51,483 nucleotides of DNA from assembly GCA_964538235.1 (NCBI GenBank), contig CAZIFJ010000002.1, forward strand, positions 1 to 51,483, in the 5' to 3' direction. Source of the stretch: Candidatus Woesearchaeota archaeon (GTDB lineage: Archaea > Nanobdellota > Nanobdellia > Pacearchaeales > GW2011-AR1). Position 1 is the first letter of the stretch. Each line of letters opens with the position of its first letter. A model generated the notes under the pieces. It ran no database searches, was not told where the DNA came from, and saw only the letters and a list, made by a program, of their open reading frames with translations. The translations under genes were made by a program, and so were the position numbers. Of the stretch, positions 1-8,531 are shown piece after piece.

Positions 1-3
1 AAT

Positions 4-126
4 GTCACAAAACCTGCGGGTTTTAACCCCGCACTAAAGTGCGGGGCTTGTTCGTGGTTTTGTGGCCACCGAGAAATCCGCGACATACAAACCACGGGCT
101 AAAGCCCGCGGATTTAACGAGTGTTA
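4..126 (+). repeat. Type A nested-hairpin mosaic repeat (long form), at the window edge upstream of secF
   Basis: gtcacaaaacc..ggttttgtg outer stem encloses the hairpin ccccgcac-taaa-gtgcgggg. A second unit carries cacgggc-taaa-gcccgcg and ends aacgagtgtta. Collinear with 10308-10436 and the reverse complement of 19111-19197. GC-rich in an AT-rich background. The left boundary may be truncated by the window. Confidence 0.8.
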
Positions 127-153
127 AGAAGACTTTAAGCTTGATAGAATAAA

Positions 154-161
154 TTTAAATA
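154..161 (+). promoter_or_regulatory. Putative archaeal TATA box for secF
   Basis: tttaaata lies 25 nt upstream of the ATG at 186. The same ATTTAAA(C/T) motif recurs at similar spacing before many genes here. Confidence 0.45.
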
Positions 162-185
162 AGATATTTTATTTTAATATTTAAT

Positions 186-1058
186 ATGACTGAGAAAAAT
201 CTTTATGATAAAATTTACAGATGGATTTTGATAGTTCCTGCTTTAGTATTAATTTTTTCAATTTTTCAATTGGTTCAATTCTATAAAATTCATGGAGACA
301 TTATACAAAAAGATGTTTCATTAACTGGTGGAACAACAATAACTGTATTTGAAAAAGATATTTTTGTTAAAGACATTGAAGGAGAAATTAAAAAAGAATT
401 CCCTGATGCTTCTATTAGAGGAATTTCTGATATAAGGACGGGTAAACAAGAAGGATTTTTTGTTGATAGTACTATTGAAGCTCAAGAATTAAAAGAGGGT
501 TTGGAAAAAATTTTGAATTATAAATTAACTAATGAAAATTCTTCAATTGAATTTACGGGGGCGGCCTTGTCTTCTGGATTTTATCAGCAACTACAAAAAG
601 CAGTTTTTTTCGCTTTTCTTTTTATGGCTATTGTTGTGTTTATAACATTTAGAACATTCGTTCCGAGCATTACGGTTATTTTATGTGCTTTTACCGACAT
701 TGTTATGACTATTGCAACTGTTAATTTAATTGGAATGGATATTTCAAGCGCTGGAATTGTTGCATTTTTAATGTTAATAGGATATTCTGTTGATACAGAC
801 ATTTTATTGACAAGCAGGGTTTTGAAAAGAACTGAAGGAAGTGTCAATGAAAAAATATTTGGCGCATTTAAAACTGGAATTACAATGACTTTAACCTCTA
901 TCGTTGCTGTTGGGGCTTCTTTGATTATAATTTATAATTTCTCAGACGCTTTAAGACAAATATTTTCTATTCTTTTAATTGGTTTAGGATTTGACATATT
1001 CAACACTTGGATCACAAACGCATCTATAATAAAATGGTATGTTGAGAGGAAACAATGA
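186..1058 (+). CDS. secF: Protein-export membrane protein SecF
   Basis: 290 aa. N-terminal TM, a periplasmic-type domain, then a multi-TM C-terminal half (FAFLFMAIVVFITFRTF...LMLIGYSVDTDILLTSRVLKR) typical of archaeal SecF. The stop overlaps the secD start (ATGA). Confidence 0.88.
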   Translation: MTEKNLYDKIYRWILIVPALVLIFSIFQLVQFYKIHGDIIQKDVSLTGGTTITVFEKDIFVKDIEGEIKKEFPDASIRGISDIRTGKQEGFFVDSTIEAQELKEGLEKILNYKLTNENSSIEFTGAALSSGFYQQLQKAVFFAFLFMAIVVFITFRTFVPSITVILCAFTDIVMTIATVNLIGMDISSAGIVAFLMLIGYSVDTDILLTSRVLKRTEGSVNEKIFGAFKTGITMTLTSIVAVGASLIIIYNFSDALRQIFSILLIGLGFDIFNTWITNASIIKWYVERKQ

Positions 1059-2698
1059 GGCTTGGATGGAGGTTGTGGTTTCTTGGAATTGTCTTAATAA
1101 TTTCTTTAATTTCAATTTTACATGCTGAATCAACAATAAAATTAATTGTTTTTGTTTTATTAATAGGAATAATTTTATGTATTAATTTTCTGGAAAGCAA
1201 AACAAAATTATTTTTTATATGTTTAATTTTATTTGGATTAGTCATATTTTTAATAGCTAATTCTATTCAAGAAGGAGTTCTTGTGAAATCAGTTGAAAAG
1301 GATTCCCCTGCATTTCTTGAAGGATTAAGAGCAGGAATAATAATAACTGAAATTAATGGAGAAAAAATTTCTAAGATTGAAGATTATATTGATGCCTTTG
1401 ATAAAATTAATTTTGATTCTGAAGAAAAAAGAATTGATATAAAAACTTTGGACAGCGGCTATACTATTTTTGTCAACGAAACTCCAAAAATTTCAGTTGA
1501 AAAAATTTCTAAAACAAATATTAAAACTGGATTGGACTTAAGAGGAGGAGCAAGAGCGTTGGTAAAACCTGAAGCTGAAATTAGCGAACAGCAGTTAATT
1601 GATTTAATTCAAATAAGCAGAAACAGGTTTAATGTTTATGGATTAAGCGATGTTAATATTAGAGGAGTTAAAGATTTGGACGGAAACAAATTTATGCTTG
1701 TTGAAGTTGCAGGGGCTACTCCAACGGACTTGGAAGATTTAATTGCTAAGCAAGGAAAATTTGAAGCTAAAATAGGAAATAAAAGTGTTTTTGTTGGAGG
1801 AGATGAAGATATAAAAGATGTTTGCAGAGGGGATGCAAAATGCTCTGGAATTCAAAGATGCCTCCAAGTTCAAGGAGGATATGCGTGTGAATTTTCATTT
1901 GTAATTTATCTAAAAGAAGAAGCTGCAAAAAAACATGCAGACATTACAAAAAATTTAACTTTGGATTCAACAGGAAGATATTTATCTGAAAAACTTTATC
2001 TTTATGTTGATGATAGTGAAGTTGATTCTCTTTCAATTAGTGTTGGATTAAAAGGGCAAGTTACTACGGAAATTTCTATTCAAGGTTCTGGAACAGGAGA
2101 AAATCAAGAACAAGCTTTGAAAAATGCAAAATCAGAAATGAATAGGTTACAAACAATTATGATTACGGGAAGTTTGCCCTACACTTTAAAAATTGTTAAA
2201 TTAGATACAATTTCTCCTGCTTTAGGGGAGCAATTTGTTTATTTAATTTTACTTGCTGGAGCTGTTTCTTTAATACTTGTTAGTTTAATTATCTTAGTTA
2301 GATATAGAAAAATAAAATCTTCTTTTGCTTTGTTATTTACTTCTTCTTCTGAATTATTAATTATTTTAGGAGTTGCTTCGATTATTAATTGGAATTTAGA
2401 TTTACCTTCGATTGCTGGAATTCTTGCGACAATAGGAACTGGTGTTGACCAACAAATAATTATGTTAGATGAGGCAAGAGAAAACAAAAATTTGGGAATA
2501 AAAGAGAGAATGAAGAGAGCCATGTTTATTATTTTGTCTGCTTACTCTACTGCGCTTGTTTCACTTTTGCCTTTGTTTTGGGCAGGTGCAGGATTGTTTA
2601 AGGGATTTGCTTTGACAACTTTAATTGGAATTTCTGCAGGAGTATTTATAACAAGACCTGCTTTTGCTGAAATAATAAAAAGGATTGAAGAGGAATAA
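1055..2698 (+). CDS. secD: Protein-export membrane protein SecD with extra N-terminal TM segments and a PDZ-like domain
   Basis: 547 aa with the GLDLRGGARALVKPE motif and a C-terminal 6-TM bundle (IAGILATIGTGVDQQIIMLDE). An N-terminal PDZ-like stretch reads VLVKSVEKDSPAFLEGLRAGIIITEINGEKI. Confidence 0.85.
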   Translation: MRLGWRLWFLGIVLIISLISILHAESTIKLIVFVLLIGIILCINFLESKTKLFFICLILFGLVIFLIANSIQEGVLVKSVEKDSPAFLEGLRAGIIITEINGEKISKIEDYIDAFDKINFDSEEKRIDIKTLDSGYTIFVNETPKISVEKISKTNIKTGLDLRGGARALVKPEAEISEQQLIDLIQISRNRFNVYGLSDVNIRGVKDLDGNKFMLVEVAGATPTDLEDLIAKQGKFEAKIGNKSVFVGGDEDIKDVCRGDAKCSGIQRCLQVQGGYACEFSFVIYLKEEAAKKHADITKNLTLDSTGRYLSEKLYLYVDDSEVDSLSISVGLKGQVTTEISIQGSGTGENQEQALKNAKSEMNRLQTIMITGSLPYTLKIVKLDTISPALGEQFVYLILLAGAVSLILVSLIILVRYRKIKSSFALLFTSSSELLIILGVASIINWNLDLPSIAGILATIGTGVDQQIIMLDEARENKNLGIKERMKRAMFIILSAYSTALVSLLPLFWAGAGLFKGFALTTLIGISAGVFITRPAFAEIIKRIEEE

Positions 2699-2751
2699 AA
2701 TATATTTTTGAATATGATTATAATTAAAAAGCAAGTCTATTAAAATATTAT

Positions 2752-3591
2752 ATGATTAAAGGTCTTGTTTTTGGAACTGGCTTTATAGGAACGAGAATTG
2801 CAGAACATAAAGGATATAAAACTATCTCAAGAAGGTATACAAATGTTTTGCAATTAAGAGATTTGGAAAATTTTTTAGAAAATAAAAAACTAGAAGTTGT
2901 TATAAATGCTATTGGAGCAACAGGAAGGCCCAACATTGATTGGTGTGAAGATAACAAAAAAGAAACGTTAGAATCTAATGTTATGGCTGCCCAAAATTTA
3001 GGATTAGTTTGTGCGAAAAATAATATTTATTTTGTTCATTTGGGAAGTGGGTGCATTTATTACGGAGATAATAATGGAAAGGGATTTTCTGAAGATGATG
3101 AGCTGAATTTTTATGGACCGCAATTTTATGCAAAAACAAAAATACTTGCTGAGAAATTCTTAAAAGAAATTCCTTCTTTGATTTTGAGAGTTAGAATGCC
3201 CATTGATGATAGACCGCATGAAAGAAATTTAATTAATAAACTCTCAAAATATTCTAAAGTTATTGACGCACAAAATTCTATGACTACTGTTCCGCATATG
3301 TTGCTGGCTGTTGATAAACTTATTGAAAGAAAAAAACTAGGAATTTATAATTTAGTTAATCCTGGGACGATTTCTGCTTATGAAATTATGGTTATGTATA
3401 AAGAACTAGTTAATCCAAAGCATGAATTCGAGAAATTCTCTATTTCAGAACTTGATAAAAAAACAAAGGGAAAAAGGTCTAATTGTTATTTGAATTCAGA
3501 CAAATTAATTTCTGAAGGAATAAAAATGCCTGAGATTCATCAAGCTGTTGAAGAATGTTTAGAAAAATATAAAGATTATATTCAAAGATAG
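2752..3591 (+). CDS. NDP-4-keto-6-deoxyhexose 3,5-epimerase/4-reductase, NRS/ER-like (takes the RmlD position)
   Basis: 279 aa. Matches motifs I recall from plant NRS/ER and the RHM C-terminal domain: TGRPNIDWCEDNKKETLESNV, GSGCIY, FYAKTKILAEKFLK, LRVRMPI, NSMT, GIYNLVNPG, RSNCYL. First gene of the rml operon. Confidence 0.75.
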   Translation: MIKGLVFGTGFIGTRIAEHKGYKTISRRYTNVLQLRDLENFLENKKLEVVINAIGATGRPNIDWCEDNKKETLESNVMAAQNLGLVCAKNNIYFVHLGSGCIYYGDNNGKGFSEDDELNFYGPQFYAKTKILAEKFLKEIPSLILRVRMPIDDRPHERNLINKLSKYSKVIDAQNSMTTVPHMLLAVDKLIERKKLGIYNLVNPGTISAYEIMVMYKELVNPKHEFEKFSISELDKKTKGKRSNCYLNSDKLISEGIKMPEIHQAVEECLEKYKDYIQR

Positions 3592-3616
3592 ATATTTATT
3601 TAAAAGGAAAATAAAA

Positions 3617-4627
3617 TTGACAATCATGAGAGAAGTCAGAGATTTAATTATTACTGGTGGCTCCGGGTTTATTGGCTCTAATTTTATTCATTATGAACTA
3701 AGTAAATATGGTAATGTTAAAATCACTAATATTGATAAGTTGACATATGCTGGACAAGGAGATAATAATTGTGATATTGAAGGTGATGATAGATACGAAT
3801 TCATTCAAGAGGATATCTGTGATTTTGATCGGATGAAAGAGGTTATTAAGAAAGGCTCAGTAGTCGTTAATTTTGCTGCTGAAACTCATGTGGACAATTC
3901 CATAATAAATCCATTTGTGTTTGAAGAAAGCAATGTTAGAGGGGTATTATCTCTTCTTGAAGCCTCTAAATTAAATGAGGTCGCTTTATTTGTTCAGATT
4001 TCAACCGATGAGGTTTATGGTTCATTGGGTTTTGATGATGCAAGGTCGCTTGAAGGCGATTTGTTAAGACCTTCATCACCTTACAGCGCCTCAAAAGCAA
4101 GTTCTGAACATTTTTGCGTCAGCTATTATAGAACTTTTGGCTTGCCGATTATTATAACAAGGTCATCAAATAATTTTGGGCCATACCAATTTCCTGAGAA
4201 GGTCATTCCATTGTTTGCAACAAATTTTATTAGAGGAAAAAAAGTTCCTCTTTATGGAGATGGAAAAAATATAAGGAATTGGATCTATGTTGAGGATAAT
4301 TGTAGAGCAATTGACAAAATTGTTAGAAGAGGAGGTAGGATTGGGGAGGTTTATAATATTGGTGGTGAAAATGAAATATCTAATATTGAATTAACTAAGA
4401 TAATATTAAGAAAGTTTAATCTTGATGATTCTATGATTGAATATGTTCCAGATAGAAGAGGACATGATAGGAGATACTCCATTGATGATGGAAAAATTAG
4501 GAAAGAGATCAATTGGAAACCTGAATATAAATTTGATGAATCTCTTGATAAAACGATTGAATGGTATAAAGAAAATGAAAAATGGTGGGCACCTTTAAAA
4601 GATAAATCTGGAAAGAGAACAAATTAA
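3617..4627 (+). CDS. rmlB: dTDP-glucose 4,6-dehydratase
   Basis: GGSGFIGSNF Rossmann motif, STDEVYG, YSASKASSEH (YxxxK), RNWIYVEDNCRAI. The ORF-track start is TTG 3617. ATG 3626 (MREVRDL) is an alternative start. Confidence 0.92.
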   Translation: MTIMREVRDLIITGGSGFIGSNFIHYELSKYGNVKITNIDKLTYAGQGDNNCDIEGDDRYEFIQEDICDFDRMKEVIKKGSVVVNFAAETHVDNSIINPFVFEESNVRGVLSLLEASKLNEVALFVQISTDEVYGSLGFDDARSLEGDLLRPSSPYSASKASSEHFCVSYYRTFGLPIIITRSSNNFGPYQFPEKVIPLFATNFIRGKKVPLYGDGKNIRNWIYVEDNCRAIDKIVRRGGRIGEVYNIGGENEISNIELTKIILRKFNLDDSMIEYVPDRRGHDRRYSIDDGKIRKEINWKPEYKFDESLDKTIEWYKENEKWWAPLKDKSGKRTN

Positions 4628-5494
4628 ATGAAAGGAATAATTTTAGCTGGAGGAAAGGCAACAAGACTTGAGCCAGTAACAACGACAATAAGCAAGCAAA
4701 TTATACCGATTTATGATAAACCTATGATTTATTATCCTCTTTCAGCTTTAATGTTGGGAGAGATAAAAGATATTCTTATAATTTCTACTCCAGAACATTT
4801 ATGGTTTTTTGAGAGACAATTGGGTGATGGAAAAAAATTTGGAATGAATTTTTCTTATGCTCAACAAGAAAAACCTAAGGGGCTTGCTGACGCGTTCATT
4901 GTAGGAGAAGATTTCGTCGGAAAAGATAACTGCTGTTTAATTTTAGGAGATAATATATTTTATGGACATGATTTACCAAAAATTTTGAAAGAAGCAAGAA
5001 AAAAAGAAAATGGTGCTACAATTTTTGGATATGAAGTTCAAGATCCACAAAGATATGGAATTGTAGAATTTGATAAAAAGAATAGGGTTGTTTCAATAGA
5101 AGAAAAACCTAAAAATCCAAAATCAAATTATGCTGTTGTTGGATTATATTTTTATGATAATAAAGTTATAGAAATTGCAAAGTCATTAACTCCTTCTCAA
5201 AGAGGAGAGCTAGAGATAACAGATGTTAATAAAAGATATTTAGAACTTGGGGAGCTCGAGGTTAAAATTATGGGAAGAGGATTTGCTTGGCTTGACACCG
5301 GAACTTTTGATTCTCTTTATGATGCTAGCACTTTTGTTAAAGTTTTACAAACTAGACAGGGAAATAAAATTTCTTGTATTGAAGAAATTGCTTATAATCA
5401 GGGTTTTATTAATAAAGAACAATTAAGAATACTTGCTAAACCTTTGAAAAATTCCGATTATGGAGAATACTTATTAAGATTAGCTAAAGAATAA
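4628..5494 (+). CDS. rmlA: Glucose-1-phosphate thymidylyltransferase
   Basis: [39 protein letters not shown] is the canonical RmlA N-terminus. Also [24 protein letters not shown]. It starts immediately after the rmlB stop. Confidence 0.93.
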   Translation: MKGIILAGGKATRLEPVTTTISKQIIPIYDKPMIYYPLSALMLGEIKDILIISTPEHLWFFERQLGDGKKFGMNFSYAQQEKPKGLADAFIVGEDFVGKDNCCLILGDNIFYGHDLPKILKEARKKENGATIFGYEVQDPQRYGIVEFDKKNRVVSIEEKPKNPKSNYAVVGLYFYDNKVIEIAKSLTPSQRGELEITDVNKRYLELGELEVKIMGRGFAWLDTGTFDSLYDASTFVKVLQTRQGNKISCIEEIAYNQGFINKEQLRILAKPLKNSDYGEYLLRLAKE

Positions 5495-5524
5495 ACTTTT
5501 AAATATGAAAAATTAAAATAAGAT

Positions 5525-5971
5525 ATGTTACCGCGATGGCACATTTTATTTGGAGCAATTTTTACTTTTATTTTATACTATTTCAGTCCTAGAACTCCAA
5601 AATTATTTCTTTTTTTAGTTTTCTTTGCATCTTTTTTAATTGACTTTGACCATTATATTTGCGCTGTGTTAAAGACTGGAAGAATAAGTTTATTTGATGC
5701 TTTTGATTATCATAAAGAAATGTTAAAAAAAGAAGAACAGGAAATTAAAAAGAGAATTAGAAGAAAGGGAGACGATTTTCACTTTTTTCATACAATAGAA
5801 TTTCATATTTTAATTGCAATACTTGGAATTTATTGGATAGAATTTTTTTATATTTTTATAGGTATGATTTTTCATTCTTTGCTTGACGTATGTTCTTCAT
5901 TATATACAGAAAGGTTTCATAGGAGAGAATATTTCTTTTTTAATTGGGTTGGGAGGAAATTATTTAAATGA
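5525..5971 (+). CDS. Small integral membrane protein, possibly a DUF457/YdjM-like membrane hydrolase fold
   Basis: 148 aa with about 4 hydrophobic segments and a histidine-rich pattern (HILFG, DFDHY, FHFFH, FHSLLD). The family assignment is tentative. Confidence 0.45.
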   Translation: MLPRWHILFGAIFTFILYYFSPRTPKLFLFLVFFASFLIDFDHYICAVLKTGRISLFDAFDYHKEMLKKEEQEIKKRIRRKGDDFHFFHTIEFHILIAILGIYWIEFFYIFIGMIFHSLLDVCSSLYTERFHRREYFFFNWVGRKLFK

Positions 5972-6726
5972 AAAAGGAAAAAGTTTTGATTTTAGTTGTT
6001 GCTTATAATGCTGAAAAAACTATTATTAAATTATTAGATAGACTTCCTAAAGAAACAATAAATAATCTTGATGAAATATTAATCGCAGATGATGCTTCTG
6101 TTGATTCGACGTCTAAAATAGTCGAATGGTATAAAAAAGCAAAAGATGTAGCAAAGTTAAAAATTGTTAAGCATAAAAAAAATAAAGGTTATGGTGGAAA
6201 TCAAAAATGGGGATATAGATATGCAATTAAAAATAAATTTGATGTTGTAGTGATGATTCATGGAGATGCCCAATATCCTCCAGAATACATTCCTCAAATA
6301 ATAAAACCGATTTTAGAAAATAAAGCGGATTTTGTTTTTGGCTCAAGAATGGCCGGACATCCTTTAAAGGGAAGAATGCCTTTGTATAAATTTTTTGGAA
6401 ATATATTTTTGACAAGTGTTGAGAATTTTTTTCTTGGAACAAAATTAAGCGAATTTCATTCAGGTTTTAGAGCATATCGTGTAAAAACCCTTTCTCAATT
6501 ACCTTTAAAATTTAATTCTGATGGATTTCATTTTGATTCTGAAATAATTTTTCAACTTGTTGGCTCTAAAAAAAGAATTTCTGAAATAGTGATTCCTACT
6601 TTCTATGGAGATGAAAAATGCAATGTCAAAGTTATTAATTATGGATTAAATATTTTAAAGGAACTTGCAAAATACTTATTAAACAAATATAATATAAGAA
6701 GAGAAGAGAAATATGAAGTTGAATAA
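5968..6726 (+). CDS. GT2 glycosyltransferase, dolichyl-phosphate-sugar synthase-like
   Basis: ILVVAYNAEKTI...ILIADDASVDST...GYGGNQK..MIHGDAQY, the typical GT2-A fold with a DxD region. Overlaps the upstream stop by 4 nt. Confidence 0.8.
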   Translation: MKKEKVLILVVAYNAEKTIIKLLDRLPKETINNLDEILIADDASVDSTSKIVEWYKKAKDVAKLKIVKHKKNKGYGGNQKWGYRYAIKNKFDVVVMIHGDAQYPPEYIPQIIKPILENKADFVFGSRMAGHPLKGRMPLYKFFGNIFLTSVENFFLGTKLSEFHSGFRAYRVKTLSQLPLKFNSDGFHFDSEIIFQLVGSKKRISEIVIPTFYGDEKCNVKVINYGLNILKELAKYLLNKYNIRREEKYEVE

Positions 6727-6760
6727 TTAAATTTATAAAGTGCTACTTTATAGTAATTAT

Positions 6761-7669
6761 ATGAAACTAGAAAATGTTAAAGTTGATTTTCAAGTAAGTG
6801 GATGGATTAGTGAGAATGCTGAAAAAACTAGATTTGGATATATAGGAAAGGGCTTAATAAAATATTTAGAACCTCATCCTAAAACTTTGATTTATATTGC
6901 TGAAAAACTTTATTCTCGAGATGAAAATAGAGTAATATTTCTTCTTAATTATTTCATGCCTAAATACGAAAGAATTGTAAGTGAGGGTTCTGAGAATTGT
7001 AAGATAAATGGTTTTTCTTTAGATGATAATTATTTAGATACTTTTCTTGGTCTAACTAAAAATAAGGGAAAAAGCTGGCTTTATATTGTTAGGGGTATAG
7101 AATATTTATGTAATGAAGGTCATGTTATAGCTGCCGCAACAGATACTAAAATTAGACCTAAAGAAACATATTACTCAAATGGACCAAGTGTCAAAGAAAT
7201 TATAAAAAAAGAAAAAAATAAGTCTATATTAATTCCGGCACATCCTTTATTTAACGGAAATTTATTAACAAACTTAACTTTAAAATATATCCATGAACCT
7301 TCTGGAATAAACTTAGGAATTCAAGAAGATAAATTAAGAAAATATTCTTCTTATTGGGACGCTTTAGAGGCTAATAGCTCAAGCATGACTTTTAAACAAA
7401 CTAAAGAAGTAGAAAAAATTGCAGAAGAACTTGGCTTACCTACTATAAGTGATAGTGATGGTGATTTAGAAATGGCTTTGGGCTCTTGCAATTTATTTAG
7501 CTTTGTTGATTTTTCTAATCCTGAAAAACTAAGAAAAAGCCTGATAGATGGATTAAATAAAAGAAATGGAAATAATTATCATGAAATAAGAAAATTAGAA
7601 AGTGGATTATTTATACATAAATTAAAACATTTATTTATTAATATCCTACAAAAAAGAAAATATTTTTAG
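6761..7669 (+). CDS. Hypothetical protein (weak PHP-like pattern)
   Basis: Long ORF. The ORF track starts at GTG 6740, but a TATA-like atttataaag overlaps that codon and ATG 6761 follows about 20 nt later. IPAHP and SDSDGD are only loosely PHP-like. Confidence 0.5.
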   Translation: MKLENVKVDFQVSGWISENAEKTRFGYIGKGLIKYLEPHPKTLIYIAEKLYSRDENRVIFLLNYFMPKYERIVSEGSENCKINGFSLDDNYLDTFLGLTKNKGKSWLYIVRGIEYLCNEGHVIAAATDTKIRPKETYYSNGPSVKEIIKKEKNKSILIPAHPLFNGNLLTNLTLKYIHEPSGINLGIQEDKLRKYSSYWDALEANSSSMTFKQTKEVEKIAEELGLPTISDSDGDLEMALGSCNLFSFVDFSNPEKLRKSLIDGLNKRNGNNYHEIRKLESGLFIHKLKHLFINILQKRKYF

Positions 7670-8454
7670 ATTTTCTTAACAACAAATAAAATTATACTTG
7701 AGTTTTTTTCTGAAGTAAAGGCATTAGCAATTTTTATTAAATTAAACAAAAAATTATTAATTAAATAGAAAATAATTAATTTTAATTTATTTATTCTTAA
7801 ACTTTTAGATTTATTCGTTCTGGCAATTTTTACAATTAACCAAGTTAGATGGCGTTCTAATTTACTTCCTACTGGCTTTCTTAAAAGAACTTTGAATCCT
7901 GCTTCTTCTAAATTTTTTTGTAATATTTCTGGATTAAATCTTCTAAAATGACCTACAAATTCGTCGTCATCTTTCCAATAAAAATCATGAGTTGGAACAG
8001 TAATTATTATCCCACCATATTTTTTAACAACGCGATACATTTCTGCTATGCCTCTTCTATAATCTTTTACGTGCTCTAAAACTTCAGAACAGATAATAAC
8101 ATCAAAGCTATTATTTTTTAGATTTAAATTTGTAATATCCCCTTTCATCGCGTTCATATTCATTTTTTTTAGAAAGTCAACTGCCTCTTTCTCTAATTCA
8201 ATAAAAACAGTTTTTTCTATTAATGGAGAAATTGGAGAAATACCTGAGCCTATATCTGCTATTATAAAATTTTTTTCTAAAATATTATTCCTAAAATATT
8301 TAAAAAAAGATTTTTTAATTTGATGCTTTCTAAAAAGATAATTAAAAAGGTAATTTTTTAATTTAATATAAGAATCTGTATAAAAAAATTTTCCAAATTC
8401 ATTTTCTATTTTATTTTCCTTAATATTTTTCATTATCAATTCATAATTTATCAT
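7666..8454 (-). CDS. Class I SAM-dependent methyltransferase
   Basis: IADIGSGISP (motif I), FDVIICSEVLEHVKDY, VVKKYGGIIITVP. Paralog of 34533-35171. Confidence 0.8.
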   Translation of the reverse strand: MINYELIMKNIKENKIENEFGKFFYTDSYIKLKNYLFNYLFRKHQIKKSFFKYFRNNILEKNFIIADIGSGISPISPLIEKTVFIELEKEAVDFLKKMNMNAMKGDITNLNLKNNSFDVIICSEVLEHVKDYRRGIAEMYRVVKKYGGIIITVPTHDFYWKDDDEFVGHFRRFNPEILQKNLEEAGFKVLLRKPVGSKLERHLTWLIVKIARTNKSKSLRINKLKLIIFYLINNFLFNLIKIANAFTSEKNSSIILFVVKKI

Positions 8455-8531
8455 TATATAAATTTCTCTTTTTTTAATCTACTTAATATAATTTATAGAT
8501 AGTTATTTAAAATTATAATTGATATTATTAA

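Noticed and set aside
4-64. Archaeal H/ACA guide RNA. Read on the minus strand, the unit is a 9-bp lower stem, internal loops of 9 and 12 nt, an 8-bp upper stem, then ACA immediately after the stem (ggttttgtg-ACA)
   Set aside because: The upper stem is perfectly paired with a 4-nt loop, so no K-turn or K-loop is available for L7Ae binding. Most other units have only a one-sided internal loop. The elements are multi-copy with variable stems and sit inside coding regions. This was not excluded experimentally, so it stays a low-probability alternative.
4-126. tRNA or other small structured RNA gene, suggested by GC-rich islands in AT-rich DNA (also at 10308, 17241, 19111, 25411)
   Set aside because: There is no cloverleaf, no acceptor/T-arm pattern (GTTCRANYC) and no anticodon-arm geometry. 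The structures are simple nested hairpins that recur as a repeat family and also occur inside CDSs.
584-2523. Small antisense or alternative-frame ORFs nested in long genes. Examples: 584-847, 1024-1245, 2239-2523, 2748-2957, 6227-6442, 10709-10948, 11282-11566, 12074-12413, 13838-14363, 17945-18172, 21371-21601, 23708-23999, 26121-26306, 28640-29117, 30039-30227, 31383-31905, 34978-35214, 36816-37310, 41599-41820, 42502-42696, 44100-44563, 44906-45488, 46897-47373, 48802-48999, 51144-51329
   Set aside because: Each is fully embedded in, or antisense to, a long ORF with clear homology or membrane-protein character. Their low-complexity K/F/I/L-rich translations are typical of AT-rich out-of-frame reading. 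None has its own TATA-like spacing.
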